Below are positions 20,940 to 29,958 of a stretch of DNA of 64,000 bases, piece by piece. Where the stretch lies: positions 35,420 to 99,419 of the forward strand of contig JBFWVI010000006.1 of the NCBI GenBank assembly GCA_050246815.1, in the 5' to 3' direction. The first letter of the stretch is position 1; each line of letters opens with the position of its first letter. The translations under genes were made by a program, and so were the position numbers. Source of the DNA: Bdellovibrionales bacterium (GTDB lineage: Bacteria > Bdellovibrionota > Bdellovibrionia > Bdellovibrionales > UBA1609). The notes under the pieces are model-generated. The model had not been told where the DNA came from. It made no database searches and saw only the letters and a list, made by a program, of their open reading frames with translations.

Positions 20940-21529
20940 AACACTTCTCTCTTCAATTTATTTTGACTATCTTGGGCACATTGACAGTGGCCGATGCACA
21001 ACCGCGCAAAGCTAGTGTGACTGCCGCACTTGACTCACAAATTATGCGTATTTATAGCCAACACTTTCACACCTATGACACCGTCAACAACATGCCCTGG
21101 GACTGCGGCGGCAATGCACTTGATCTGTTTCTTGAGCTGGAGCGTGAAGACCTCATTAAAGAGCGAAAAGCTTTTATCGTTCATACCTTCTACGAATATG
21201 ATTTCAAATTGGACGCGAAAAACCGTCCGCTCTCAAGAGTTTTAATCCCCTTAAAGGCTCGTCGGGGTCATCCTTGGTGGGCCTTTCACGCTTTCTTAGT
21301 TTTGGACGAGGTGGTCTTAGATCAGTACTACACCGACCAACCCCAAGCCCTTGATCTAGACCGGTATCTTTCACTCATGTGGGGTGACGAAAACCTTCAC
21401 GATCTGCATTTTCAAATCATTCCCGCGCAACAGTATCGACGAACTCAAGAGTGGGGCCATTCCCCAAGCATGAAGCTTCATCCCCAACTTAACCACGAGC
21501 AATTAAAAGCTCAGCTGCAAAAAATGTAA
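20927..21529 (+). CDS. Secreted hypothetical protein translationally coupled to the protease gene
   Basis: The ORF track starts at 20822. ATG 20927 gives MAGVKHFSLQFILTILGTLTVADA (signal peptide) and a 13-nt overlap with the protease gene. 200 aa. Confidence 0.65.
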   Translation: MAGVKHFSLQFILTILGTLTVADAQPRKASVTAALDSQIMRIYSQHFHTYDTVNNMPWDCGGNALDLFLELEREDLIKERKAFIVHTFYEYDFKLDAKNRPLSRVLIPLKARRGHPWWAFHAFLVLDEVVLDQYYTDQPQALDLDRYLSLMWGDENLHDLHFQIIPAQQYRRTQEWGHSPSMKLHPQLNHEQLKAQLQKM

Positions 21530-21534
21530 ATTTT

Positions 21535-21569
21535 ATCTGTTCCAATTTTTTGGAACAGATATGTTCCAA
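21535..21569. promoter_or_regulatory. Perfect 11-bp stem palindrome plus a third half-site (TGTTCCAA x3); candidate operator or hairpin
   Basis: ATCTGTTCCAA-TTTT-TTGGAACAGAT at 21535-21560. TGTTCCAA appears again at 21562-21569. The element lies about 40 nt upstream of the TIGR02147-like gene start (21610). Confidence 0.5.
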
Positions 21570-21609
21570 AATCTTTGACCTCGTCGTTTGGTCTCAGTAT
21601 CTGGGCTTC

Positions 21610-22416
21610 ATGGAAAACACGACCAGCGAAATTAACTTCAAGTCCTTTCTGCAGAATGAGTTCATCGACCGCTGCCGCAAAAACGGCAGCTACTCGCTGC
21701 GCTCGTTTGCCCGAACGCTCAAGGTTTCACCGGCGGCGCTGTCTGAAATGATCAATGGCAAGCGCCCCATCACCCCTAAAACCAAAGCCAAGATCGCCCT
21801 GCTTTTAAGGCTTAGCCCCGAGCAATTGAACCAGATTGACGGCGCCCCGCTGCGAACAAAGCCTGCGCTTCAATATGACCAGATGACCGTAGACAGCTTT
21901 GCCCTGATCGCAGACTGGTACCACTTTGCGATTATGGAATTGTTGGCCTTAAAGAATTTCAAAGAGGACATCCGCTGGATTTCCCACACCTTGTCGATCA
22001 CGCCCACCGAGGCCACGATCGCCCTTGAACGTTTGCTGCGTCTGGGACTGCTGAAGCGGGATTCAAAAGGAAAACTTAAAGACGGCACCAGCGGCTTCAC
22101 CACCAGCTTGAACAAAGGTCAGACCAGTGAAGCGGCACAAAGGTTTCAAAAGCAGGCTTTGCAAAAAGCCATCGATGCCATTGGCCAAGTCCCGCTGGAG
22201 TATCGCGACAACACCAGCATGACCTTTGCCATAAACACTGAAGATTTAGACAAAGCCAGACAAAAGATCGAGGCCTTCCGCCGCGAAATGAATGCGTTTT
22301 TTCAGCTGGCCGCAAGCTTCGACGAAGTTTATCAGTTGTCCGTTGCACTTTTTCCCCTCTCAAGGGCCGCTTCTGAAAATAAAAAAATAAAAAAATCAAA
22401 AGGGAGTCAAAAATGA
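21610..22416 (+). CDS. TIGR02147-family (DUF4423-like) HTH protein
   Basis: MENTTSEINFKSFLQNEFIDRCRKNGSYSLRSFARTLKVSPAALSEMINGKRPIT matches my recollection of the TIGR02147 N-terminus with an HTH. The ORF track start 21550 (TTG) lies inside the palindrome, so ATG 21610 is preferred. Confidence 0.65.
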   Translation: MENTTSEINFKSFLQNEFIDRCRKNGSYSLRSFARTLKVSPAALSEMINGKRPITPKTKAKIALLLRLSPEQLNQIDGAPLRTKPALQYDQMTVDSFALIADWYHFAIMELLALKNFKEDIRWISHTLSITPTEATIALERLLRLGLLKRDSKGKLKDGTSGFTTSLNKGQTSEAAQRFQKQALQKAIDAIGQVPLEYRDNTSMTFAINTEDLDKARQKIEAFRREMNAFFQLAASFDEVYQLSVALFPLSRAASENKKIKKSKGSQK

Positions 22417-23900
22417 AACAGGTTCTAAAACTGGGTGGTTTGTTCACCGCCATGATAATTTTAGCCGCCTTTACTCGCGGCGCCGATGCAGTCAAGGGTC
22501 GAGAGGCCGGTGGCGGCACTTATGTCGTGATCGACGGCAATGTGGTGCTTGCAGACCCCTTTTACAAAGCGGTGGGCCGCGAACATCGCTTTGACGCCTT
22601 TGCGCCAGAAATCCAAGACTACATCACCAGCGCCGAAAAACTCTTAGAGCGGCTTGCGATCACCAATCCATCATTTTGGAACGACACGGTTCGGGGCTCG
22701 AAAGCAATCTACATCCGCGTGCCGGCTGGCGAAGAAAACCGTGTGGTTTGCGTCAAGTACCTACCGGAGCTGACCCGCGACGTGGAAGGTCACTTTCAGT
22801 ATGGTTGCAAAGGAAAAGGCAATATCACCTATTTATTTGCAAGCTTCGAACAGTCCCGCAGTTTGCGTGAGCAAGGCAAGGCAATCATTCATGAGCGTCT
22901 TTGGGTCGCCAATCCCGACGTAGATCAACGCTTCATTGCCAAGTTCGTCACAGTTTTAGGCAAATTGATGAAACGTCGTGAAGACCAAATCTTCCGCAAC
23001 AACCGTGCATCTTTGACGGATGCCGAAATCGCTGAATACGATCAATTGCAAATGGCGGCCGAACAACTTGGCTTTGAAACCAGAAAGCCGCTTTTGCCGA
23101 TCGGAATGTCTTGGAAAAATGTTTTGGCGTACCCTTTGAGCAAAAGCGTCGTACGTAACGGTGGCGGATTGGCGACATTTTATTATTCTGTTGCCACGGG
23201 AAAGTACCTCCCCGTCACTAAAGTGGATGCAACCTCATTCGTTGGAGTGGGCAGTGTTTTAGGCGACCAAGCTGAGCTTCAAAACTCTGTCGTTCTAAGT
23301 TCAGTACTGTTTGCAAAAACCCGCCTACAAAATAGCGTGGCAGTCAGCTCTTTAATTTCGGCCGCTCAAATTAATCAATCTGAGATCCGAGATTCAGAAT
23401 TGCAGCAAGCAACCGCATATCCATCGGTCACCACCATTAACTATGCGATGGTCACAAAGTCCTCTATCGACACGATGTCCTTATTGGGATCTGCGGATGC
23501 GCCGGTTGAAATCAACTCTTCTACCGCTTATGGTAACTATACGATTTCGAGTGTCGCAGCCGGAGCCAAACTAAACAATTCTGTACTGAGGGCTCGCTAC
23601 AATAGAGACTCACTTCGTAGTGACACTGGGTTCAACATTCAAATCCAGACCGGCGCAATCTTAGACAACGTGAGAATCGCCACTGAATTTGACACCGACA
23701 TGATCGTGACCGCCGGCACCCAAGTTCAAAACTTGAATATGGTCAACAGGCGGACTCGCGGCGGCGGCATTTTCAACTCGAAACTGGAGTTCAATTCCCC
23801 TTCGGGCCCCATGAATTTCGGTGGGTTAAATTGCACACTGAACGAAAGAGTACTGCGCCTTAACTCGACCGCCGACTTGAACGGCCGTTGTGAGAAGTAA
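22413..23900 (+). CDS. Secreted protein with repeat-rich (beta-helix-like) C-terminal half
   Basis: 495 aa. Signal peptide MKQVLKLGGLFTAMIILAAFTRGADA. ATGA overlap with the upstream gene. The C-terminal half has degenerate repeats with spacing that looks like roughly 20 aa (LQNSVVLSSVLF / LQNSVAVSSLIS / KLNNSVLRARYN). Confidence 0.7.
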   Translation: MKQVLKLGGLFTAMIILAAFTRGADAVKGREAGGGTYVVIDGNVVLADPFYKAVGREHRFDAFAPEIQDYITSAEKLLERLAITNPSFWNDTVRGSKAIYIRVPAGEENRVVCVKYLPELTRDVEGHFQYGCKGKGNITYLFASFEQSRSLREQGKAIIHERLWVANPDVDQRFIAKFVTVLGKLMKRREDQIFRNNRASLTDAEIAEYDQLQMAAEQLGFETRKPLLPIGMSWKNVLAYPLSKSVVRNGGGLATFYYSVATGKYLPVTKVDATSFVGVGSVLGDQAELQNSVVLSSVLFAKTRLQNSVAVSSLISAAQINQSEIRDSELQQATAYPSVTTINYAMVTKSSIDTMSLLGSADAPVEINSSTAYGNYTISSVAAGAKLNNSVLRARYNRDSLRSDTGFNIQIQTGAILDNVRIATEFDTDMIVTAGTQVQNLNMVNRRTRGGGIFNSKLEFNSPSGPMNFGGLNCTLNERVLRLNSTADLNGRCEK

Positions 23901-23906
23901 AAACCC

Positions 23907-24470
23907 TTAAGCTCCCTCTGGCCTGCCGGCGTTCGCCCGGTGGGCCATCCCTCCCAAGATGATCAACACCAGCGTTGTCAAAAGCATCGACCACTTCAAC
24001 CGAGCACTGGCCGCGCCGACGTAAAAATAAATCGAATCAATCGGCACTCGTTCAAGGGCCAATAAAAGCTGACAAACATTTTCAATCTCATCAAACAAGC
24101 CCGCAAGCAGGGGCACGATCAATACGAGCTTGAGTAATTTGTCATTGCGCGAAGGAGGCCAACGCACCAACATGGCTGCCAGAAATACTCCATAGAAAAT
24201 GGGGTAAAAAAAATCGATTAAATAATGCCGTATCCACGCGGCTAACCCCTCAACCCCTTGACTGTGCAGCAAGAGCTGAAATTCACCCGGATCTAACGTG
24301 GTCTGCAGCTTGATGATGTTCCAAGGGTCACCAAACTTGTCCAAAATGATCATCAGGGTGACTTGGGAATAAAGAAAAAAGCGCCCCGACAAAGCCAAAA
24401 CTCTTGGGTTACGCAAAAACCTGAATGTGGCTGCTTCTTTTTGCAGAAGCATCGCATTGGCTTGGCTCAT
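23907..24470 (-). CDS. Small integral membrane protein, unknown function (last gene of the rsmH..murD half-cluster)
   Basis: ORF track gives 23907-24491 (TTG start). ATG 24470 or ATG 24452 are alternatives. Several hydrophobic segments (IDFFYPIFYGVFLAAMLV, LVLIVPLLAGLF, MLLTTLVLIILGG). Confidence 0.55.
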   Translation of the reverse strand: MSQANAMLLQKEAATFRFLRNPRVLALSGRFFLYSQVTLMIILDKFGDPWNIIKLQTTLDPGEFQLLLHSQGVEGLAAWIRHYLIDFFYPIFYGVFLAAMLVRWPPSRNDKLLKLVLIVPLLAGLFDEIENVCQLLLALERVPIDSIYFYVGAASARLKWSMLLTTLVLIILGGMAHRANAGRPEGA

Positions 24471-24506
24471 ATTTATGCACTGCTTCTGCAAAAAGAAGCA
24501 GCCACA
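24426..24506. repeat. 26-nt perfect inverted repeat with a 29-nt spacer immediately downstream of murD
   Basis: 24426-24451 TGTGGCTGCTTCTTTTTGCAGAAGCA. 24481-24506 is its exact reverse complement (checked base by base). Each arm contains a nested 7-bp hairpin, TGCTTCT-N6-AGAAGCA. Confidence 0.9.
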
Positions 24507-24507
24507 C

Positions 24508-25893
24508 TTAGTTGAACTTGTTTACGATCTCTTTGAAGTAGTTGCCACGCTCGACGTACGAATCGAACATGTCAAAGCTGGAGCAGCCCGGTGACAGCAA
24601 GACGATGTCGCCAATACGCGATTTTTGATAGGCGATCAAGACCGCCTCTTCAAAGGTGCCGATCAAAAACGTTTCAGCGAAATCACCAATGTCACGGTTA
24701 ATACGCTCTTTGGCTTCCCCCACAAGAATCAAAGTTTTTACTTTGCGCTGAATGCGTTCTTTTAGGGGTTGGTAGTTCAGGTTCGTGTCCTTACCACCCA
24801 TGATCAGAATCACGTTTTCATCAAAAGAATCCAGGGCCCGCACGACCGCGTGCACGTTGGTGGCTTTTGAATCGTTGTAGAACTCGACTCCACCGACGCG
24901 ACGGACGTACTCCAACCGGTGCGCAATACCGCGAAAATTGTCGATGACTCGCTGAATGGCGTCGTGTTTGGCGCCATGTTCACGGGCCGCCAAAATCGAC
25001 GCCATGATATTTTCGTACATGTGCTTGCCCTTCACCTTGGTGTTGGCCAGCGAGTAGTATTCGATCTCAGGTCCGGTGCGCACGCGGATCTGGTCTTTCA
25101 CATTTACCGCTCCGCCGATGTTCATGATCTGGGGCTCAAGCGAAGGTTTGCGCGAGAAGTAAAAAATGCGTCCCCGCTGAACAGCCGGGTCACGCGCCAA
25201 CTCGACCACCGCATTGTCATCCGCGTTCAAAATGCTGGTTGTGCTTTGGTTGGTGTTCAAGAAAATGCGGCGCTTGGCGTTCACATATTCTTCCATCGAA
25301 CGATAACGATCCAAATGGTTTTCGGCCAAGTTGGTGAATAAAATATTTTGAGGAGTGAAGGCTTCCACATGCTCCAGCATGAAGCTCGACAATTCGCAGA
25401 TCAGCACTTGGGCCTTTTCTTTTTGTTGCAAGTATTCCGACAAAGGGGTGCCAATATTGCCGCCCAGCCAAGTCTTCACGCCCGATTCACGCAAAAACAC
25501 ATCAATCAAGGTGGCGGTTGAGGTTTTGCCGTTGGTGCCGGTGATGGCCACGATAGGCTCTTTGATAAAGCGGCTACAGAACTCAAACTCGCCGGTGACT
25601 TTCACCCCTTGGCTGCGGGCGTAATCAAAGATCTTCAGATGCGGAGGCACACCCGGACTTAAAATGATCAGGTCCTGATTCAAGAAAGTTTTCGGGGTGT
25701 GGCCGCCCAACTCGAGCTGAATATCGCTGCCTTCCATTTGCTCCAAAAAACCTGTCAGTTCGGCTTTTGACTTGTGATCGCTGATGGTGACAGCCGCGCC
25801 TTGTTCTTTTAGAAAGCGCGCCAAAGTCACGCCAGTTTTGGCCAGACCCACGATCAAAATGCGTTTACCGTTCAGTTCAGAAAGCTCTTGCAT
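24508..25893 (-). CDS. murD: UDP-N-acetylmuramoylalanine--D-glutamate ligase
   Basis: 461 aa. VGLAKTGV N-terminus and Mur ligase P-loop GTNGKTSTAT. Follows mraY. Confidence 0.95.
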   Translation of the reverse strand: MQELSELNGKRILIVGLAKTGVTLARFLKEQGAAVTISDHKSKAELTGFLEQMEGSDIQLELGGHTPKTFLNQDLIILSPGVPPHLKIFDYARSQGVKVTGEFEFCSRFIKEPIVAITGTNGKTSTATLIDVFLRESGVKTWLGGNIGTPLSEYLQQKEKAQVLICELSSFMLEHVEAFTPQNILFTNLAENHLDRYRSMEEYVNAKRRIFLNTNQSTTSILNADDNAVVELARDPAVQRGRIFYFSRKPSLEPQIMNIGGAVNVKDQIRVRTGPEIEYYSLANTKVKGKHMYENIMASILAAREHGAKHDAIQRVIDNFRGIAHRLEYVRRVGGVEFYNDSKATNVHAVVRALDSFDENVILIMGGKDTNLNYQPLKERIQRKVKTLILVGEAKERINRDIGDFAETFLIGTFEEAVLIAYQKSRIGDIVLLSPGCSSFDMFDSYVERGNYFKEIVNKFN

Positions 25894-25895
25894 AC

Positions 25896-26972
25896 TTACC
25901 TCAGTTTCAATGTGGCCAGACTCAGCACCGCCAAAAGCAGTGCAATAATCCAGAAACGGACAATGATTTTAGTTTCGGTTAAACCTTTAAGTTCAAAGTG
26001 ATGGTGGATGGGTGCCATCTTAAAAACGCGCTTACCCGTTAGCTTAAACGAGATGACCTGGGTGATGACCGACAGAGCCTCAACGACAAAAACCCCACCC
26101 AGTAAGATCAGCAGCAATTCGTTTTGCGTGATCACCGAGACAATTCCCAAAAACCCACCCAAAGAGAGCGAACCCACATCCCCCATGAACACTTGGGCCG
26201 GATAGGCGTTAAACCACAAAAAGCCCAGACCTGCAGCCGCCACCGCCGCAGCCAACGGCACGATTTCGCCCGCGCCCGAGATATAGGGGATTGCCAAATA
26301 TTCGGCAATTTTCACATGGCCCGCCACGTAGGCAAAAATTCCCAAGGTTAACGCGGCGATGATCACCGGCACGATCGCCAAACCATCCAAACCGTCCGTC
26401 AAATTGACAGCGTTGGCACAGCCGACAACCACCAAAGCCGCGAAGGCGGGATAAAACCATCCCACCTCAAGAGCGAAATCCTTGAAGAAGGGAAAATAAA
26501 TCGCCGTCGGAATTTGGTGATTGTAAATCAAATAACTGATGACGCCGACCGCGATCAAAAACTCCGCCAGCAGACGAACTTTGCCCGGCACACCACGATG
26601 ATTTTTTTTCTTCACCTTCATTGAATCGTCCAAATAACCGATCAAGCCAAACCCCAAAGTGACGATCAAAACGGCCCACACCTTGGGATTCATCAAGTCG
26701 GCCCAAAGCAGTGCCGGCACCAGCACACCCAATAAAATCAGCCCGCCACCCATGGTGGGTGTGCCCTGCTTTTTTTTGTGCGACTCCGGGCCATCATCAC
26801 GAATCGACTGCCCCACCTGGCGCCGCACCAAAGTGCGGATGAACAGCGGGCCATACCACCAGCACAGCAAAAACGCGGTGAAGAATGAAATAAAACTGCG
26901 AAACGAAATATAGCGAAAAACATTGAATAAAGAAATCGAATCGGAAAAATCGTACAACCACTTGTATAGCAT
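25896..26972 (-). CDS. mraY: Phospho-N-acetylmuramoyl-pentapeptide transferase
   Basis: 358 aa polytopic membrane protein. [30 protein letters not shown]. Confidence 0.95.
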   Translation of the reverse strand: MLYKWLYDFSDSISLFNVFRYISFRSFISFFTAFLLCWWYGPLFIRTLVRRQVGQSIRDDGPESHKKKQGTPTMGGGLILLGVLVPALLWADLMNPKVWAVLIVTLGFGLIGYLDDSMKVKKKNHRGVPGKVRLLAEFLIAVGVISYLIYNHQIPTAIYFPFFKDFALEVGWFYPAFAALVVVGCANAVNLTDGLDGLAIVPVIIAALTLGIFAYVAGHVKIAEYLAIPYISGAGEIVPLAAAVAAAGLGFLWFNAYPAQVFMGDVGSLSLGGFLGIVSVITQNELLLILLGGVFVVEALSVITQVISFKLTGKRVFKMAPIHHHFELKGLTETKIIVRFWIIALLLAVLSLATLKLR

Positions 26973-27007
26973 GAAACTGATGCCGCTCTTGTTTTGAAGT
27001 TTTTAAC

Positions 27008-28453
27008 TTACAGCCGGTTCGAGGATGAACCGTAAACGGTGAAATTGATCGGCTGCCATTGCTGCAGCACCTGCTCCATTTTCATCGCGCGTGACCCCTT
27101 GACGACGGCTATATCTGAGGGGTTTAGCATAGAGCCGACTTTGCGCGCAAGAGATTCTTCGTAACCATCTGAAACAAAAAAGGTTTTTGAAAATCCCTCG
27201 GCTTCCATTCCGGCCTGAAAATCGGCTTTGTGTGGACCCATGAACCACACCACATCAAAGCCAGAACGTGCCACCAGTTCGCCGATCTCACGATGCGCCT
27301 TGGCTGACTCATGTCCAAGCTCCATCATTTCACCCAGCACCACAACTTTTTGGCCACTGACTTCGATCTCAAACAAATTCTTTAGCAGTGCGGTCATACT
27401 TTCAGGATTTGCGTTGTACCCATCAAACAAAACCTTGGCGCCGGACTTAAGATCCACAACTTGGTTGCGGCCCCATGCCCCACGACAGCGCGGCATTTCG
27501 CGCCAGATTTCTTCAGCTTTCATACCCAGCGCGTAGGCAATGCTGGCTGCGGCCATCAAGTTGACCACATTGTGTCGTCCCACCACAGAAACCGTGGCCC
27601 GCCCCTCTCGACCCCCGATCTTGCCGCTGATTTCTAGCGCAAAATCCGCCAATCGCTCCACTCGCATTTGCACATCGGCCTCACGAAACGACGAAAAGGT
27701 CATAATTCGTTTGGCTTGGCGGCGCTGCCGAGCCCGCTGAAGCATGGGAATCGTCCAATGATTGTCCAAATTGAAAATCTGAATTGCCTGGGGCGCGGTC
27801 AGGTAAAGCTCCTCCTTGGCGTCAGCCACGGCCTCTTGCGAGCCGACTTCGCCAATGTGCGAGCGACCAACCATGGTGACCACGCTGATATCGGGCTGGG
27901 CGATCCTGGTCAGCTCGGTGAGTTCGCCCGAGTGATTCATGCCCATCTCTTGAACGACAACCTCATCCTCGGGCGAAGCCGCGAGCAAGCTAATCGGTAC
28001 ACCCCAGTGGTTGTTGAAGCTGCCTTGACTGGCGTGGACTTTAAAATGGTTTTCTAAAATCGTGCGGGTGAACTCTTTGGTGGAGGTCTTGCCGTTTGAA
28101 CCCGTAATACCCACCACTTTAAAGCCACAGCGTCGCCGCCAGGCGTGCGCCAAGGACTGCAACGCGTGTAACGTGTCGGAGACGCGAATCACCACCACCG
28201 CGGCTGGCACCTTTAAATGTTTGATGTCTTGATGAACCAACAAACCCGATGCGCCGGCTTCGATCGCGGCCGGCAAAAAATCATGAGCATCAAAGCGGTC
28301 CCCCTTCAATGCGACGAAAAGTTGTCCGGCCAAAGACTTGCGCGTATCGGTGCCAATACCTGAAAAATGCACAGCCGAGACGGAGCCGCCAAAATCCGTT
28401 TGTCCCCCAGTGCCTGAAAGCGCGTCGGCTAGACTCAGTTGCCATTTTTTCAT
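27008..28453 (-). CDS. murF: UDP-N-acetylmuramoyl-tripeptide--D-alanyl-D-alanine ligase
   Basis: GITGSNGKTSTKE P-loop. The ORF track starts at GTG 28474. ATG 28453 forms an ATGA overlap with the murE stop and is preferred. Confidence 0.9.
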   Translation of the reverse strand: MKKWQLSLADALSGTGGQTDFGGSVSAVHFSGIGTDTRKSLAGQLFVALKGDRFDAHDFLPAAIEAGASGLLVHQDIKHLKVPAAVVVIRVSDTLHALQSLAHAWRRRCGFKVVGITGSNGKTSTKEFTRTILENHFKVHASQGSFNNHWGVPISLLAASPEDEVVVQEMGMNHSGELTELTRIAQPDISVVTMVGRSHIGEVGSQEAVADAKEELYLTAPQAIQIFNLDNHWTIPMLQRARQRRQAKRIMTFSSFREADVQMRVERLADFALEISGKIGGREGRATVSVVGRHNVVNLMAAASIAYALGMKAEEIWREMPRCRGAWGRNQVVDLKSGAKVLFDGYNANPESMTALLKNLFEIEVSGQKVVVLGEMMELGHESAKAHREIGELVARSGFDVVWFMGPHKADFQAGMEAEGFSKTFFVSDGYEESLARKVGSMLNPSDIAVVKGSRAMKMEQVLQQWQPINFTVYGSSSNRL

Positions 28454-29949
28454 TTTCGGTTTGCTTTCAGCCACTCGCGTACGACCTCGCCATCACTAAA
28501 CGGGCGTTTTTCAGTGCCTACAATTTGATAGTCTTCGTGTCCCTTACCGGCAATCAAAATCACATCACCAGTTTGTGCACTTTGCAAGGCTCGCCCAATA
28601 GCCGCGCCCCGATCCACCTCGGTGAAAACCGTATTCGAGATCAGAGCAGGCGCCAAACCCGCGACGCAGTCAGCAATAATCGCTTCTGGTTTTTCAGTGC
28701 GTGGATTATCTGAAGTGACAAACACCAAATCCGAGCCTGCCACCGCCGCTTGCGCCATCAGTGGGCGTTTGCCCTTGTCACGGTCACCACCGCAACCAAA
28801 CACCGTAATGATGCGATTTTGTAAACCGGCTAAGCGCCGCACTTCATTCAAGGCATTCAAGACCACCTTCAAAGCATCATCGGTGTGCGCATAATCGACA
28901 AAGATGTTCAAACCTCCGGGATCCGGCACGCGTTCTAGCCGCCCTGGCACGCCGTTGAACTCCGCTATGGCCTGAGCACAAGTCTCAAGAGACGCGCCCG
29001 CAGCCAAGCCCACTGCAATTGCCGCAGTGGCATTGTAGACGTTGTGCAACCCTGGCAGAGGTAAATGAATGGTTTGCTCTCCTCGAGGGGTTTTCAAATT
29101 GAATTCACTACCCGTAAAATCTTGTCGCCCCAACGTAAAACGAAAATCAGCCGCTTTTTGTCCGTAAGTCCACAGTTTCGCCTGATCGGCGATTTTCAAT
29201 CTTGCCGACCAGGGATCATCGGCGTTAACCACGGCCCACGTGCGCGGCTTGCTTGATGTGGCCAACACCTCATGAAACAATCGCTCCTTAGCCGCGAAAT
29301 ACTCTTCCATGGTGTGATGGTAATCCAAATGGTCGCGAGTCAAGTTGGTGAATACGGCCACGTCAAACGGCAACTGATCGACCCGGTTTTGCGTTAAAGC
29401 ATGCGAAGAGACCTCAAAGGCCACGGCGCCCGCACCCAAAGCGCGAAACTCGGCCAATCTTTTTTGTAAAACCAAGGGGTCGGGTGTGGTCAGCTGCGCA
29501 TCCCAGACATGCTCACCGAAGTGATGATTGATGGTACCCAGCACGCCTGTGGGCCAACCAAAACGGTTCAAGATGGCCTCAACCATATAGGTGGTGGAGG
29601 TTTTGCCGTTGGTGCCCGTCACTCCCACGCAAAAAAGCTTTTCCGCCGGCTGGCCAAAGTAGCGCGCCGCCAGTTGATCAAGAGCCGCACGAGTCGACTC
29701 AACCACCACGACCGCCCCTTGATAATCTTTGGGAATCAACCTGTCGTCCTCGACAATCAGAGCTGCGGCACCACTGGCGCAAACTTGCGGAATGAATTTG
29801 TGGCCATCGAACTGATTGCCCCGGATCGCCACGTAAACCCAGCCCTCTTGCACCTGCCTAGAATCGTTGGTGAGGCCTTTGATTTCGCGCTCGGGCCCTT
29901 GACCCAATCGAAGCTGCGGATAAAACGACAACAGTTGCATCAGGCGCAT
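28450..29949 (-). CDS. murE: UDP-N-acetylmuramoyl-L-alanyl-D-glutamate--2,6-diaminopimelate ligase
   Basis: 499 aa. GVTGTNGKTSTTYM and SDNPRTE. Confidence 0.95.
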   Translation of the reverse strand: MRLMQLLSFYPQLRLGQGPEREIKGLTNDSRQVQEGWVYVAIRGNQFDGHKFIPQVCASGAAALIVEDDRLIPKDYQGAVVVVESTRAALDQLAARYFGQPAEKLFCVGVTGTNGKTSTTYMVEAILNRFGWPTGVLGTINHHFGEHVWDAQLTTPDPLVLQKRLAEFRALGAGAVAFEVSSHALTQNRVDQLPFDVAVFTNLTRDHLDYHHTMEEYFAAKERLFHEVLATSSKPRTWAVVNADDPWSARLKIADQAKLWTYGQKAADFRFTLGRQDFTGSEFNLKTPRGEQTIHLPLPGLHNVYNATAAIAVGLAAGASLETCAQAIAEFNGVPGRLERVPDPGGLNIFVDYAHTDDALKVVLNALNEVRRLAGLQNRIITVFGCGGDRDKGKRPLMAQAAVAGSDLVFVTSDNPRTEKPEAIIADCVAGLAPALISNTVFTEVDRGAAIGRALQSAQTGDVILIAGKGHEDYQIVGTEKRPFSDGEVVREWLKANRK

Positions 29950-29958
29950 GACGAAAAA

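Noticed and set aside
6486-24507. Interpretation of the dcw-interrupting segment as a genomic island or mobile element
   Set aside because: I found no integrase, transposase or recombinase, no tRNA or flanking direct repeats, and no obvious base-composition shift by eye. The inner operon is translationally packed against ftsW. It looks like a stable, lineage-specific arrangement.
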